IMG/VR virus record: IMGVR_UViG_3300036715_002359
Coordinates: 9,557-73,556 of that record
DNA length: 64,000 nucleotides
Reading direction: 5' to 3' (one strand)
Origin: a virus
The notes under the pieces are model-generated. The model was not told the origin of the DNA and searched no databases. It saw only the letters and a program-made list of their open reading frames with translations. Below, piece after piece: positions 1 through 8,696 of the stretch; the first letter of the stretch is position 1, and the number at the start of each line of letters is the position of its first letter. A program made the translations under genes and the position numbers.

Positions 1-309
1 GTGTTCATTCCGATGATAGAAGAAGGTCGCTTTGCAATGGATCGGGTTTCCTCTATCAAAGTAGCAGAAGGTCTCGGGCTGAGCTATCTCCAGTTTACCA
101 ATATTGTCGAACAATTCTCCATCTACTTTCAAGAAGAGGGTTTTGAAATTTTGCGACAACACTTGGTTCGTAATCCGATCACAGCTGAAACTGTGCATAT
201 GCATTTTTTCACTTTTCTACGGCATCTGTCAACTCGGGACACGTATCCAGGTCTTTTGGCATTGAAAGCCATAGGCAAGATGGAAGAAGGATTTGCTTTA
301 GCAGCATAA
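1..309 (+). CDS. 3' part of a hypothetical protein (runs off the left edge)
   Basis: Open frame from base 1 to TAA at 307-309, followed directly by a terminator hairpin. The true start is probably outside the window. Confidence 0.6.
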   Translation: MFIPMIEEGRFAMDRVSSIKVAEGLGLSYLQFTNIVEQFSIYFQEEGFEILRQHLVRNPITAETVHMHFFTFLRHLSTRDTYPGLLALKAIGKMEEGFALAA

Positions 310-340
310 AAAAAGCCCCGTATTTCAGGGGCTTTATTTT
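308..340. terminator. Bidirectional intrinsic terminator
   Basis: A-tract, GCCCC-loop-GGGGC, T-tract between convergent genes. Confidence 0.8.
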
Positions 341-2979
341 TAGATTACTAAGTACACATCTAAGTAGTTCAGAATCTTCGGTTGTAATGTTTGGATACGT
401 AATGTAACACGATCTTTATTTACTGGATTTTGTTCCAGAGTATCGATTGTGTAACCCAACAGAGGAGCACCAATACGTGGTAATTTCTTACTCATCAACA
501 ACAGAGCACTTGCGTCAACTGTTTGATGAATAACTCCAAGTGTTTCTGGAGTGATGTTCCACTTACCAATAAATGGTGAAAGTTTATCACGGAAGTAGTA
601 TGACAAGAAATCCCAGTTTTTAACAGCTTGAAGTTCACGGTATTCGTAAACACTCATATCTGTGGTCAACTCATGACGGACGTAAGGAATACCACCGCTT
701 GTCTCTTGAACAAACAACAGAGTTCCTGCTTCAGCTATAGTATCTAACTGAGCACGAGTAAAGTAGAAATTAGAATCTTTCAGATCACTAATTCCAGCAA
801 TACCAATATTTGTAAATCCTTGTTGTGCAGGGAATCCAGCAGTTAAACCTGCCAAGGCTGCACAGAGGTAATAACCTGGTTGAACCACATTACGACCACC
901 TATGTTTACAACAACCAAATCAGGCTGCACGTGGCAGATACGGTTTGATCCAAGTGTGTTACTAGTAGCAGCTACCGCAGCAGCTTTTTGAGTTTTGCTC
1001 AATGTACGACTAACGTAGAAGTTAACACCAGTAGCAACTCCAAGAGCTTGAACAACGATTTGTTGATTCGAAACAATGCTCAGAATTTGCATGCTACCAA
1101 TTGGACTTGGTGAACCCGAACCTGCTGTTACTACCAATGTATCTCCGGCTACAACACCATCAGAAATGAATGTCGAATTTGAAGAAGTAAGAACATAACT
1201 ACCAGTATTTAAAGCAATGGTGTTATTTCCGCTATTGGAGTTAACTAGAGTAGCGTTCCATGAACCGATAGCAACTGTCGATGGGATAGCTGTATTAACG
1301 TAACCTACACGCCATGATGCATTAGCAGGGGTAGACAACCCATTTACATGGATATTAATAGCTTGAGCAACTGACACACTTTGTGTCAAAGGGGCTAAAG
1401 CATACAGACGTTCACCTTCAGCTAAAGCCAAAGCAGCAAAATATCCAGTATCGTCATTAGACGAAACGGCAATTGCACGAACACGAGTTGTTGTATTTGC
1501 CAAAGCAATTTCAACACCTAGAGCCAGTGGATTCATTTCTGAAACATCACCGAAAGTTCCCAGATTATCAGCTTGGTCTGTAATAGCCATAACTGTTCCG
1601 CTCAGATCTGTACGTAAAGCACGATATCCGATGTAGATAGATCCGGAGATCAACTTACCGTAGATAATTTCTGGTCCTGCATTCAGAGTAATTGTTCCAT
1701 CAATAGCCGTATTTGTAGTTACGTAGTTAGTTCCACCAGAGATTGGTTTAGTAACTGGAATCAATTGGTTATTAAACAGTTTACGTGTTTTAAAAGCTAC
1801 GGTTGCACGTTTTTGAATAGCCACAGGTCCGGTAACAGTAGTAACAGTAGCTGGGCTTAAACCAGTAACAACTGCACCTGTTAAAGTACCAATAACAGCT
1901 TCGTGATCAGCACCACCAACACCAGCACCTTTGATAAGGATAGTGTCACCAGTTGCAAAACCTGTTGCCGAAGTAAAGGTGAATCCTACAGCACCAGCAG
2001 TAATGCTAGCGGTAGAAGTAGACGCAACTTGAACACCAACTGGAAGAACGTCAGCCAAAGTGATATTTGTAACGTTTCCAGTTGCTGAATTAATACCAAT
2101 CACTGTAGTGTTAAAACTATGAGCAACAGCACCAGTATCTGTGTAGTTAACACAAACTTGATCACCTGCTTCAATCAACAGAGTTGAAGTAGTACTGGAA
2201 ACATTGTTTAACGAAATCTTAGACATAACTGCACCAACGATAGCTATCGTAGCAGCTGTATCCAAAGTGAAAGTTGTTCCACTGATGTTTGTGATTCTAG
2301 CTACCAAATTAGCAGCAGCAACACCAGCACCAGTAATGGATACTATATCCCCTTGCACATACAGATTAGCATTAGTAACGTTGATTATCACCGCTGAACT
2401 AACACTAGTGGTACATACCCCTGAGGCAGCTGAATAAGTTAATGCATTCGAACCAACATAACCGTTGAAACCAGCCGAAACTGTTTCTACTTTTGCATTG
2501 TTAGCATAAACTTTGATTGAACTTGAATCAATGACTTGACCAGGAACTTGACCTGGTAAATTGTAAACATTGTTAACTAATGGATTAGTAAGAATACCTT
2601 GTTTACTAACAACGGAACTAGTTACAGTGATTCCAGCTGGAGTGTCTAAAGTTAAAACACTACCAAGGGCTCCTGTGACAGTAGCTGTTAATGCACCACC
2701 ACTAACATCAGCACCGGCGATCAAAATTTTATCACCGACGACGAAAGGGGGAATTGTATCAAAAGTTAAAGTATAACTACCAATAGCTATTGAACCATTG
2801 GCTGAAGCTGCACTAGTGGCTGCAGTTTTAATCAAAGCAGCTGTATTACCAGCAACGTACGTCAATACGTTATATGCTGGTCCGATAATGCAAGCTTCCA
2901 GATCTGGAGTAGTATCCGCAACTCCGCCTGCATTTTCCAGTTCCTGGTACACTTGTACACTTGGGACTATATATGACAT
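340..2979 (-). CDS. Contractile tail sheath protein with large internal beta-rich insertion
   Basis: 879 aa. N-terminal YxxPSVQVYQE and C-terminal VRHELTT...RELQAVKNWDFLSYYFRDKLSPFIGK...LNYLDVYLVI resemble myovirus sheath termini. Confidence 0.75.
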   Translation of the reverse strand: MSYIVPSVQVYQELENAGGVADTTPDLEACIIGPAYNVLTYVAGNTAALIKTAATSAASANGSIAIGSYTLTFDTIPPFVVGDKILIAGADVSGGALTATVTGALGSVLTLDTPAGITVTSSVVSKQGILTNPLVNNVYNLPGQVPGQVIDSSSIKVYANNAKVETVSAGFNGYVGSNALTYSAASGVCTTSVSSAVIINVTNANLYVQGDIVSITGAGVAAANLVARITNISGTTFTLDTAATIAIVGAVMSKISLNNVSSTTSTLLIEAGDQVCVNYTDTGAVAHSFNTTVIGINSATGNVTNITLADVLPVGVQVASTSTASITAGAVGFTFTSATGFATGDTILIKGAGVGGADHEAVIGTLTGAVVTGLSPATVTTVTGPVAIQKRATVAFKTRKLFNNQLIPVTKPISGGTNYVTTNTAIDGTITLNAGPEIIYGKLISGSIYIGYRALRTDLSGTVMAITDQADNLGTFGDVSEMNPLALGVEIALANTTTRVRAIAVSSNDDTGYFAALALAEGERLYALAPLTQSVSVAQAINIHVNGLSTPANASWRVGYVNTAIPSTVAIGSWNATLVNSNSGNNTIALNTGSYVLTSSNSTFISDGVVAGDTLVVTAGSGSPSPIGSMQILSIVSNQQIVVQALGVATGVNFYVSRTLSKTQKAAAVAATSNTLGSNRICHVQPDLVVVNIGGRNVVQPGYYLCAALAGLTAGFPAQQGFTNIGIAGISDLKDSNFYFTRAQLDTIAEAGTLLFVQETSGGIPYVRHELTTDMSVYEYRELQAVKNWDFLSYYFRDKLSPFIGKWNITPETLGVIHQTVDASALLLMSKKLPRIGAPLLGYTIDTLEQNPVNKDRVTLRIQTLQPKILNYLDVYLVI

Positions 2980-3078
2980 TTATTAATGCTCCTAATTTTA
3001 TGAATCTTAATTTTTATTTGCCTCTCGCTATTTGCGCTAGGTCGAATTTGATACCGATAGATAAATCTATCATAAGCT

Positions 3079-3085
3079 TATTTTA
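3079..3085 (-). promoter_or_regulatory. Putative late promoter motif TAAAATA (sheath gene)
   Basis: Motif recurs upstream of minus-strand structural genes. Confidence 0.5.
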
Positions 3086-3130
3086 ACAGCCAAACAGAAA
3101 TTTAAGTTGAATTCATAGGATTATATTATT

Positions 3131-3140
3131 TTGGTATAAT
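3131..3140 (+). promoter_or_regulatory. Putative early promoter (TTGGTATAAT variant)
   Basis: One mismatch to the TTGGTATAAG consensus; upstream of GGAG-led ORF 3190. Confidence 0.65.
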
Positions 3141-3189
3141 AAAGGTATATAAGCAGTTAATACTGATATTAATTTACCTTGGAGAAATC

Positions 3190-3615
3190 ATGTTGGAATT
3201 CTTATTTTTTATACTCACATTCGGTGGTGGGGGTTATGCAGGTTATTTGTATTCACATAAAATAGCTCCTTTAAGAGAAAATTCAAAGAGGAGTTTGGAA
3301 AATATAGACTTAAACTCTTGGCTAAAAAATGCAATGGATAATATTGTTCCAACGATCAGGGAAGGAGATATTCCTAATTTTGGTAAAAGTATGATATCTC
3401 TAGAAATGTTACCTATTTTTGGATACTATCTTTTCAATGTCTTTATAGTTTATCTGTGTGCTTGGTTTGGAGCGACTTTTACGGCCATTATGGTTTTAGC
3501 AGCAGGTACTTGGTTAATGAATTTGGAATTGAACGAATACCAAAGAAGGCATAAGATCTTCTGGGATGCACTAGCAGATGCAGCCCGAAGAGTAGTTGAA
3601 AAATCAACTAATTGA
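3190..3615 (+). CDS. Hypothetical membrane protein
   Basis: 141 aa, GGAG RBS, N-terminal and central hydrophobic segments. Confidence 0.7.
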   Translation: MLEFLFFILTFGGGGYAGYLYSHKIAPLRENSKRSLENIDLNSWLKNAMDNIVPTIREGDIPNFGKSMISLEMLPIFGYYLFNVFIVYLCAWFGATFTAIMVLAAGTWLMNLELNEYQRRHKIFWDALADAARRVVEKSTN

Positions 3616-3623
3616 CCTCGTTT

Positions 3624-3633
3624 TTGGTATAAG
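3624..3633 (+). promoter_or_regulatory. Putative early promoter TTGGTATAAG
   Basis: Exact copy of the conserved intergenic motif. Confidence 0.75.
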
Positions 3634-3692
3634 TATAGTATACAAGAAAAGGGTATAATCCATTTGTATTATAAATAACCTACGAGGGAATC

Positions 3693-4115
3693 ATGAACAC
3701 AAGCATAGTTTTGAACTCAGTAAACGTTTTGGAATTAGTTGGTTTGTACCAAACGGTCTTTAATAAACTCCCAGACGCAGAGGGCCTGCAGTATTGGGCC
3801 GGCCGTATGGACCAAGGTATGACTCTTCCGCAAGTTGCCCAGAGCTTTCTAGACAATCCAGTTTGGGTCGCCGCACATCCAACTCCTGCAACACAACCAA
3901 CCATGTTGACCGATATTCTGGCTCAACAAAATGCATTCACCAATGAATTCCTTGGTAATGCATTCCATGGCACCATTACAGTGAACCCACAATTCGTGGA
4001 TCACTGGACAATTATGTACTTGGACACAGTACCAAAAGCTGAAGCGGCAGCGTCAATTGCAATTCAGCTGGTAGGTGTCCCCCATAAATTCGCATCTTGG
4101 GAAATACATATCTAA
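3693..4115 (+). CDS. Stand-alone DUF4214-like (S-layer-associated) domain protein
   Basis: LYQTVFNKLPDAEGLQYWAGRMDQGMTLPQVAQSF matches the LYxxxFxRxPDxxGLxYW...G.....VAxxF pattern; GAGG RBS. Confidence 0.7.
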   Translation: MNTSIVLNSVNVLELVGLYQTVFNKLPDAEGLQYWAGRMDQGMTLPQVAQSFLDNPVWVAAHPTPATQPTMLTDILAQQNAFTNEFLGNAFHGTITVNPQFVDHWTIMYLDTVPKAEAAASIAIQLVGVPHKFASWEIHI

Positions 4116-4119
4116 AAAG

Positions 4120-4147
4120 AAAAGCCCAGTAGTTCTGGGCTTTTTTT
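4120..4147. terminator. Bidirectional intrinsic terminator
   Basis: AAAAGCCCAG-loop-CTGGGCTTTTTTT. Confidence 0.85.
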
Positions 4148-4150
4148 AGA

Positions 4151-4726
4151 TTAATTAACTGTAAGAAAGAAATCTTTTAATTTCATTGAGTCTTGTCTAA
4201 CTACCCAATCTTCTTCCATCATATAAGGAATACTAATCACAATTTTAAACTTCTCAACGTTTTCTTTATCAGGCTGACATTCACTTACTTCCATAGGAAT
4301 ACCAAATTCTTTAAAGTTTTGACTACTACATAGGAAAGGGACAGACCAAATCAAAAAATGAGATACCATATCAGCTATTAATTCACAAGTACCTTCTTTA
4401 GCAGCTTCAATAGTTATTCTAGCTTGACCGGTAATAAATACTAAATTGGTTCTATTCGACTGACCTTTGTTAGCGTAAATACCGTTACTTTCAGCAAGGT
4501 TATCTGATATACCAGTTTTGCCGATTCTAAAGCTACCTCTATTTATTAGTATACGTGGGTTTGTTTCTGTACTAATAGTGTTATAGTTATTTTCTGAATC
4601 TATTTCTATGGTGCGAATCTTTTCATCTTCGTCCCATACAAGTCCACTTTCTTTAGCGTAGTTCTCAAAGAAATAACGTAAAGGCTCAATAATTAATGAG
4701 CTTACAAGTAATGGGGAAAATCTCAT
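4151..4726 (-). CDS. Putative tail terminator/completion protein
   Basis: 191 aa, downstream of neck genes and near the sheath. Function inferred from position and PRILINRG-type strand pattern. Confidence 0.45.
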   Translation of the reverse strand: MRFSPLLVSSLIIEPLRYFFENYAKESGLVWDEDEKIRTIEIDSENNYNTISTETNPRILINRGSFRIGKTGISDNLAESNGIYANKGQSNRTNLVFITGQARITIEAAKEGTCELIADMVSHFLIWSVPFLCSSQNFKEFGIPMEVSECQPDKENVEKFKIVISIPYMMEEDWVVRQDSMKLKDFFLTVN

Positions 4727-4905
4727 TATTTTCTACCTTTTTGTTTGTGTTGTTTAGAATTGTATTGACGATTAAAACTACGAACAGTTTCTACATGTCC
4801 GCTGATATCAGCGACTGTTCCTACTAAATCATCCCCCTGGGTAGACACAACTCTATGAGCCATTCTGATCTTTCTATATGCTACTTTTTCTAAGTATTTG
4901 TTCAT
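4726..4905 (-). CDS. 59-aa protein starting MNKYLEKVA (not in ORF track); putative internal head protein
   Basis: Hand translation: MNKYLEKVAYRKIRMAHRVVSTQGDDLVGTVADISGHVETVRSFNRQYNSKQHKQKGRK*. ATGA overlap with the upstream gene and TAATG overlap with the downstream gene. Confidence 0.8.
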   Translation of the reverse strand: MNKYLEKVAYRKIRMAHRVVSTQGDDLVGTVADISGHVETVRSFNRQYNSKQHKQKGRK

Positions 4906-5804
4906 AGATACTGTATCGGGAAATCTGGTAAATTTTTTGTTACTAATTGGTTTTCTATATCGTTCTTACTTAGTTGTGTTAATTTTAAAACCTGTCTAAC
5001 AGTATTTGTTTGAAGAACAGTAGGGGTCATACCCTCAACTCTATACACATCCCAAGTACCAGTTTGAACAACTATATCATCTGGACGAATCTCTGGCAAT
5101 GAAATAGTCCAACCGGTTATTTGACTAGGTTCAAATACTCCAAAATAGGTCTTTAGATTTGAGTTAGGGTTAGTATCATAATTGATGAAACAAGGTGCTC
5201 CATCAAAATACCCACCTTTAAATCCAGTACCTATGCAAGTAGAACAATGATCTTTCATTATCTTCTCTAAACGATTATCCCAGCATTCCGGACATCTTTG
5301 TCCATAAGTTTTACGACGAAATATGTAAGATCTAGTTCCATTAAATTTACTCAAGAGCACATATTCTCGACGTTGAATTTCTATACTACGTAACTCCACA
5401 AATCTATGTTGATCAGAAGACCAACTGGTTACTTTAGACTTGATGGAGACATTACCTTTATCCAGTAAGATGGCTTCAATTACATAAAAGCCCCTATTGA
5501 ACTTACGATATTCTTGAGTACCAGTATCTATTAAAAAAGTACCTGTTACTGGTTGTGAAGTTAATTTTTGGAAATCACCATCTTCTACCTGAGAGAAGTA
5601 AACATTAAATTCACAGTTTCCCCAATCAGCTGGAATAGCCCATTCGACAGATACCTGTTTATACCAACGGGGATAAATCTTAACCTGTATATTTTCTGAG
5701 AAATTATTAGTCGCCAAAAAGGCTGACGAACGATTTTCATCAGAGTGGTTGTACACAGAATTCTGTGACAGGAAACCAAAGTTAAGGGCGAAGTTAAATG
5801 ACAT
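4902..5804 (-). CDS. Putative head-closure/neck protein with FN3-like N-domain and Zn-ribbon
   Basis: 300 aa, RCPECWD...CSTCIGTGFKGGY. Lies next to the adaptor-like gene; function inferred. Confidence 0.5.
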   Translation of the reverse strand: MSFNFALNFGFLSQNSVYNHSDENRSSAFLATNNFSENIQVKIYPRWYKQVSVEWAIPADWGNCEFNVYFSQVEDGDFQKLTSQPVTGTFLIDTGTQEYRKFNRGFYVIEAILLDKGNVSIKSKVTSWSSDQHRFVELRSIEIQRREYVLLSKFNGTRSYIFRRKTYGQRCPECWDNRLEKIMKDHCSTCIGTGFKGGYFDGAPCFINYDTNPNSNLKTYFGVFEPSQITGWTISLPEIRPDDIVVQTGTWDVYRVEGMTPTVLQTNTVRQVLKLTQLSKNDIENQLVTKNLPDFPIQYL

Positions 5805-5808
5805 GCTT

Positions 5809-5815
5809 TATTTTA
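5809..5815 (-). promoter_or_regulatory. Putative late promoter motif TAAAATA, 4 nt before ATG
   Basis: Recurrent motif; no Shine-Dalgarno between motif and start. Confidence 0.5.
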
Positions 5816-5872
5816 GTGGTAATAAAAAATCCAGGACAAGCCTGGATTGAAGTTAAAGAAGAGTGGCTGATT

Positions 5873-5882
5873 TTGGTATAAG
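5873..5882 (+). promoter_or_regulatory. Putative early promoter TTGGTATAAG driving a non-coding unit
   Basis: Exact motif with the same TATAGT extension as 3624 and 52214. Confidence 0.75.
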
Positions 5883-5889
5883 TATAGTA

Positions 5890-6078
5890 CTAAAGCACAT
5901 AACAATTAACTTTACCAGGTCACCCCTGCTCACATTCGGTTTTCCCCTAGGTACAAAGTAGTCATTCATATTGTTTGTTGAAGTCCCAATCTTCAACAGA
6001 CATCTCCTGTGGGAATGGCTAGTAATCTTTGTACTTTTCGACCGAGTGAGTGTGTGTTCCTCCTCGGTCTTTTTTTTT
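5890..6078 (+). ncRNA. Candidate structured small RNA (~190 nt, rod-like)
   Basis: Bounded by the promoter motif and a terminator, with no RBS-led ORF. Nested helices: 5972-5983/5991-6002, 5959-5967/6013-6021, 5951-5958/6027-6034, 5933-5940/6041-6048. Confidence 0.65.
6040..6078 (+). terminator. Intrinsic terminator
   Basis: GACCGAG...CTCGGTC followed by T9. Confidence 0.75.
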
Positions 6079-6082
6079 GTAA

Positions 6083-6517
6083 TTACCAAATAGGAAAGTA
6101 AGCTGCATCTCCACCAAGCCCGCCCCAACCAGATTCCATATTCGTTTGAATTTTTAAAGCACGAGCTTGGGAATCAAAGTTAGCATGATACCCAGCGGCT
6201 AAATTTTTATATAACTCAAAGCGTTCTTCAATAGGAATTTGAAGGCCACCATCAGAATAGTTCATGGTATTACGAGCTAGAAGAGCTGCCTTGCCTTCAT
6301 ACATCTGCCATAAAGTACCCCATAATAAAATACTCTTAGAAGGAAAGTTATCAGGACTTAATCTCGAAACTGGGGTCATGTTATTGTAAACGTCAACTCC
6401 AAGTCCGATACACATTTTGATAAAAGTGTTAGTCATCTCCTCACCATCGATGAGGTAATTGTTCGGAGTATAATCGCTTATGAATTCACGAACTTCGTCA
6501 ACAGTGAGGATTGCCAT
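6083..6517 (-). CDS. Putative head-tail adaptor protein
   Basis: 144 aa, LTVDEVREFISD...NYSDGGLQI. Size and pattern typical of adaptors; inferred. Confidence 0.55.
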   Translation of the reverse strand: MAILTVDEVREFISDYTPNNYLIDGEEMTNTFIKMCIGLGVDVYNNMTPVSRLSPDNFPSKSILLWGTLWQMYEGKAALLARNTMNYSDGGLQIPIEERFELYKNLAAGYHANFDSQARALKIQTNMESGWGGLGGDAAYFPIW

Positions 6518-6519
6518 AA

Positions 6520-6918
6520 TTATTTAGCTTTTTTAGATTTTGTTGCTGATGCTTCTGGGTCTTCTACGACTGGGGTTGAGTTAACACCTTGTTCACCTTG
6601 ACCAAGAGCAGTACTAGTAGCTCCTGAACTTGGACTTACTTCGGGCTCAATCAATTTAGAAGCTTGTAGTTCATCAGCAGACATACCGGAGTAAGGAGTG
6701 GTTACTTCAATTTCTACTTCTGGAACAATTGTAGGAACACCCTCAGGTTTGATGTCAGTGATACGAGCCCAGTTTCGGCCAAGAGCCCATTCAATTGTTT
6801 GTTCGGTTTTATCATTTTCACTGATAGGAGCAAATCCTCCAGCTGGGATATCCATATATCCTGTTTTCAGTACTAGGTTAGTAGCTGTAAGATTTACGAT
6901 GTAATTTTGAGTTGTCAT
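6520..6918 (-). CDS. Hypothetical virion-associated protein
   Basis: 132 aa, coupled to the adaptor gene; low-complexity C-terminus. Confidence 0.6.
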   Translation of the reverse strand: MTTQNYIVNLTATNLVLKTGYMDIPAGGFAPISENDKTEQTIEWALGRNWARITDIKPEGVPTIVPEVEIEVTTPYSGMSADELQASKLIEPEVSPSSGATSTALGQGEQGVNSTPVVEDPEASATKSKKAK

Positions 6919-6962
6919 TTTATATTAAGGTTAGGTTAGATCCCAATTGGGAATACCTGAGT

Positions 6963-7292
6963 TTACTTCTTTTCGTATTGTTTGTCAATTCTAGCTAGGA
7001 TTTTATTATCTTTATGTTGATGATACTTATGTAGTCCCAGGAATCCAGCTGTGGTAGCTGTAGCAACGCCTAGACCTGTTTTAACTCTAGTTTGAGTTGA
7101 ACGACCTCTAGCTACATTAGCAAGGCGATCAGTCTTAGTGAGAGCTCTTTGTTCAATACCTTTGACTCTCATTTCTTTAGCCAGGTGAACGCCATCAGTC
7201 ATACTTTTTAATTTACGAGCAGAATGACCTATGAGTCTATCCCCATATTTTTCAACTTTGGATAGAATTTGGTTAGAGGTAAAGATTGGCAT
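6963..7292 (-). CDS. Basic protein with glycine/alanine hydrophobic segment; putative internal head protein
   Basis: 109 aa, GLGVATATTAGFLGL; TAAAATA at 7321-7327 upstream. Confidence 0.6.
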   Translation of the reverse strand: MPIFTSNQILSKVEKYGDRLIGHSARKLKSMTDGVHLAKEMRVKGIEQRALTKTDRLANVARGRSTQTRVKTGLGVATATTAGFLGLHKYHQHKDNKILARIDKQYEKK

Positions 7293-7342
7293 AGTTTATG
7301 TCTTTTCGTTAGATAATACCTATTTTAACAAATCACAAAAAC

Positions 7343-7352
7343 TTGGTATAAG
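7343..7352 (+). promoter_or_regulatory. Putative early promoter TTGGTATAAG
   Basis: Exact motif, back-to-back with the late motif at 7321-7327. Confidence 0.75.
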
Positions 7353-7390
7353 GAATGGTAGCACAATCTTATCTAATTTAGGAGAAAAGA

Positions 7391-7642
7391 ATGCCAGGAC
7401 CAACTAAACCAAAATGGCCGTACAAAGAAAATATGGTTTCAGTAGAAATCACCACCAGTAGAGGATTAACGTTTACTGGGTATTTGCATCGTGGTAACCA
7501 TAACACGTTAATCATGGGTTGGCTCAAAGGTCATGCAGTTCTTCCACTGCTAAATTTTGACGAGTCACCTGCTTACTTTTTAGGTATAGATCTCGGTACC
7601 ACCGCTGCAGTTCGTTTATTTAACTTGGTGAAACCATCATGA
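7391..7642 (+). CDS. Hypothetical protein
   Basis: 83 aa, AGGAG RBS, ATGA overlap with the next gene. Confidence 0.65.
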   Translation: MPGPTKPKWPYKENMVSVEITTSRGLTFTGYLHRGNHNTLIMGWLKGHAVLPLLNFDESPAYFLGIDLGTTAAVRLFNLVKPS

Positions 7643-8178
7643 TTGTTACCAAAGTAGAAAGTGATTTACTCACCTTGGAAAAAGGTATTCTTGTACATGG
7701 CTGTAACTGTATGGGTATAATGGGTGGTGGCATTGCTTGGAGCATTCGTGAAAAGTGGCCTGGTGTTTTTGCTGCTTACTCCAATCATGAAGCTGCAGTA
7801 GGTCTGCATCTTGGCGACATAGTTGCTGTTTCCAAACATGGTGTTGTTACTCAAACTGATTCAGAAGGTAAAATTTTCACCGCTGATACTGAATATAGAG
7901 ATAACAATCTACCTCCAGAGTTAATCGTAGTAAATGCAATGACTCAATTTAATTTTGGGGGAAATACGGACGTTATCTACGTAGACTACGATGCTATCTC
8001 TGCCTGCTTTGCAAGGGTCAAAATTTTAGCCAGACAAAGTGGCTTAGCAGTACACTTCCCTCTCATTGGCTGCGGCTTAGCGAATGGAGATTGGGAAGAA
8101 GTTTCAAACCGGATAGAACAAGCATTAGGTCCGGATATCAAAACCCAATTGTGGTTATTACCTCCAACCTCGAAATAA
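7639..8178 (+). CDS. Macrodomain (Appr-1''-p processing / ADP-ribose hydrolase-like) protein
   Basis: SDLL...ILVHGCNCMGIMGGGIA...IVVNAMTQ...FPLIGCGLANGDW macrodomain motifs. Confidence 0.9.
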   Translation: MIVTKVESDLLTLEKGILVHGCNCMGIMGGGIAWSIREKWPGVFAAYSNHEAAVGLHLGDIVAVSKHGVVTQTDSEGKIFTADTEYRDNNLPPELIVVNAMTQFNFGGNTDVIYVDYDAISACFARVKILARQSGLAVHFPLIGCGLANGDWEEVSNRIEQALGPDIKTQLWLLPPTSK

Positions 8179-8189
8179 GAAAGTATTAA

Positions 8190-8690
8190 ATGAATCACAA
8201 ACAAGTCACTAACATCATTTCCGCCCATGGTTTTCTTTTGCCTAATGGCCAGTTTCAACTGCATAAACCAATGAAGGTTTTTAAGAAGGTTTATTCCACC
8301 GACCATAATAATCGAGTAACTGCTAAGGCTATTGCAAATCTTATCCTTCCGGTAGGAGCGATTATTAATCCTCCACAAGGTAATAGTAATAAATGCCGTG
8401 CTAGTGAAGCATTCTGTTGGTCTATTGTTGAAATTAAAAAGCATACCCAATTGACAATGGCATCTTCTGGTCATACTGCTAATTTTAAATATCGTTCTGC
8501 CAGAGCTTTGGGTATGGATATTAAAACGTTGTTTACTGTTAATCCTCGAACAATTAATGCATATCCAATCCATATTGCTAGTATGTTACATCAAGTAATG
8601 TGCAAACCTGATGCCTTTAGCTATCATCGTCGTGAATGTGATCCTGGCATTCATTTCTTTGTTGAACACACTGATGCAATTGCCTGGTAA
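8190..8690 (+). CDS. DUF5758-like hypothetical protein (paralog 1)
   Basis: KCRASEA...ECDPGIHFF motif. Confidence 0.65.
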   Translation: MNHKQVTNIISAHGFLLPNGQFQLHKPMKVFKKVYSTDHNNRVTAKAIANLILPVGAIINPPQGNSNKCRASEAFCWSIVEIKKHTQLTMASSGHTANFKYRSARALGMDIKTLFTVNPRTINAYPIHIASMLHQVMCKPDAFSYHRRECDPGIHFFVEHTDAIAW

Positions 8691-8696
8691 TTAAAT

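Noticed and set aside
5853-6128. 91-aa minus-strand ORF
   Set aside because: Overlaps the adaptor gene end and runs through a terminator and promoter; the region is better explained as a plus-strand ncRNA.
7986-8573. 195-aa minus-strand ORF
   Set aside because: Antisense to the macrodomain and DUF5758-like genes; no supporting signals.
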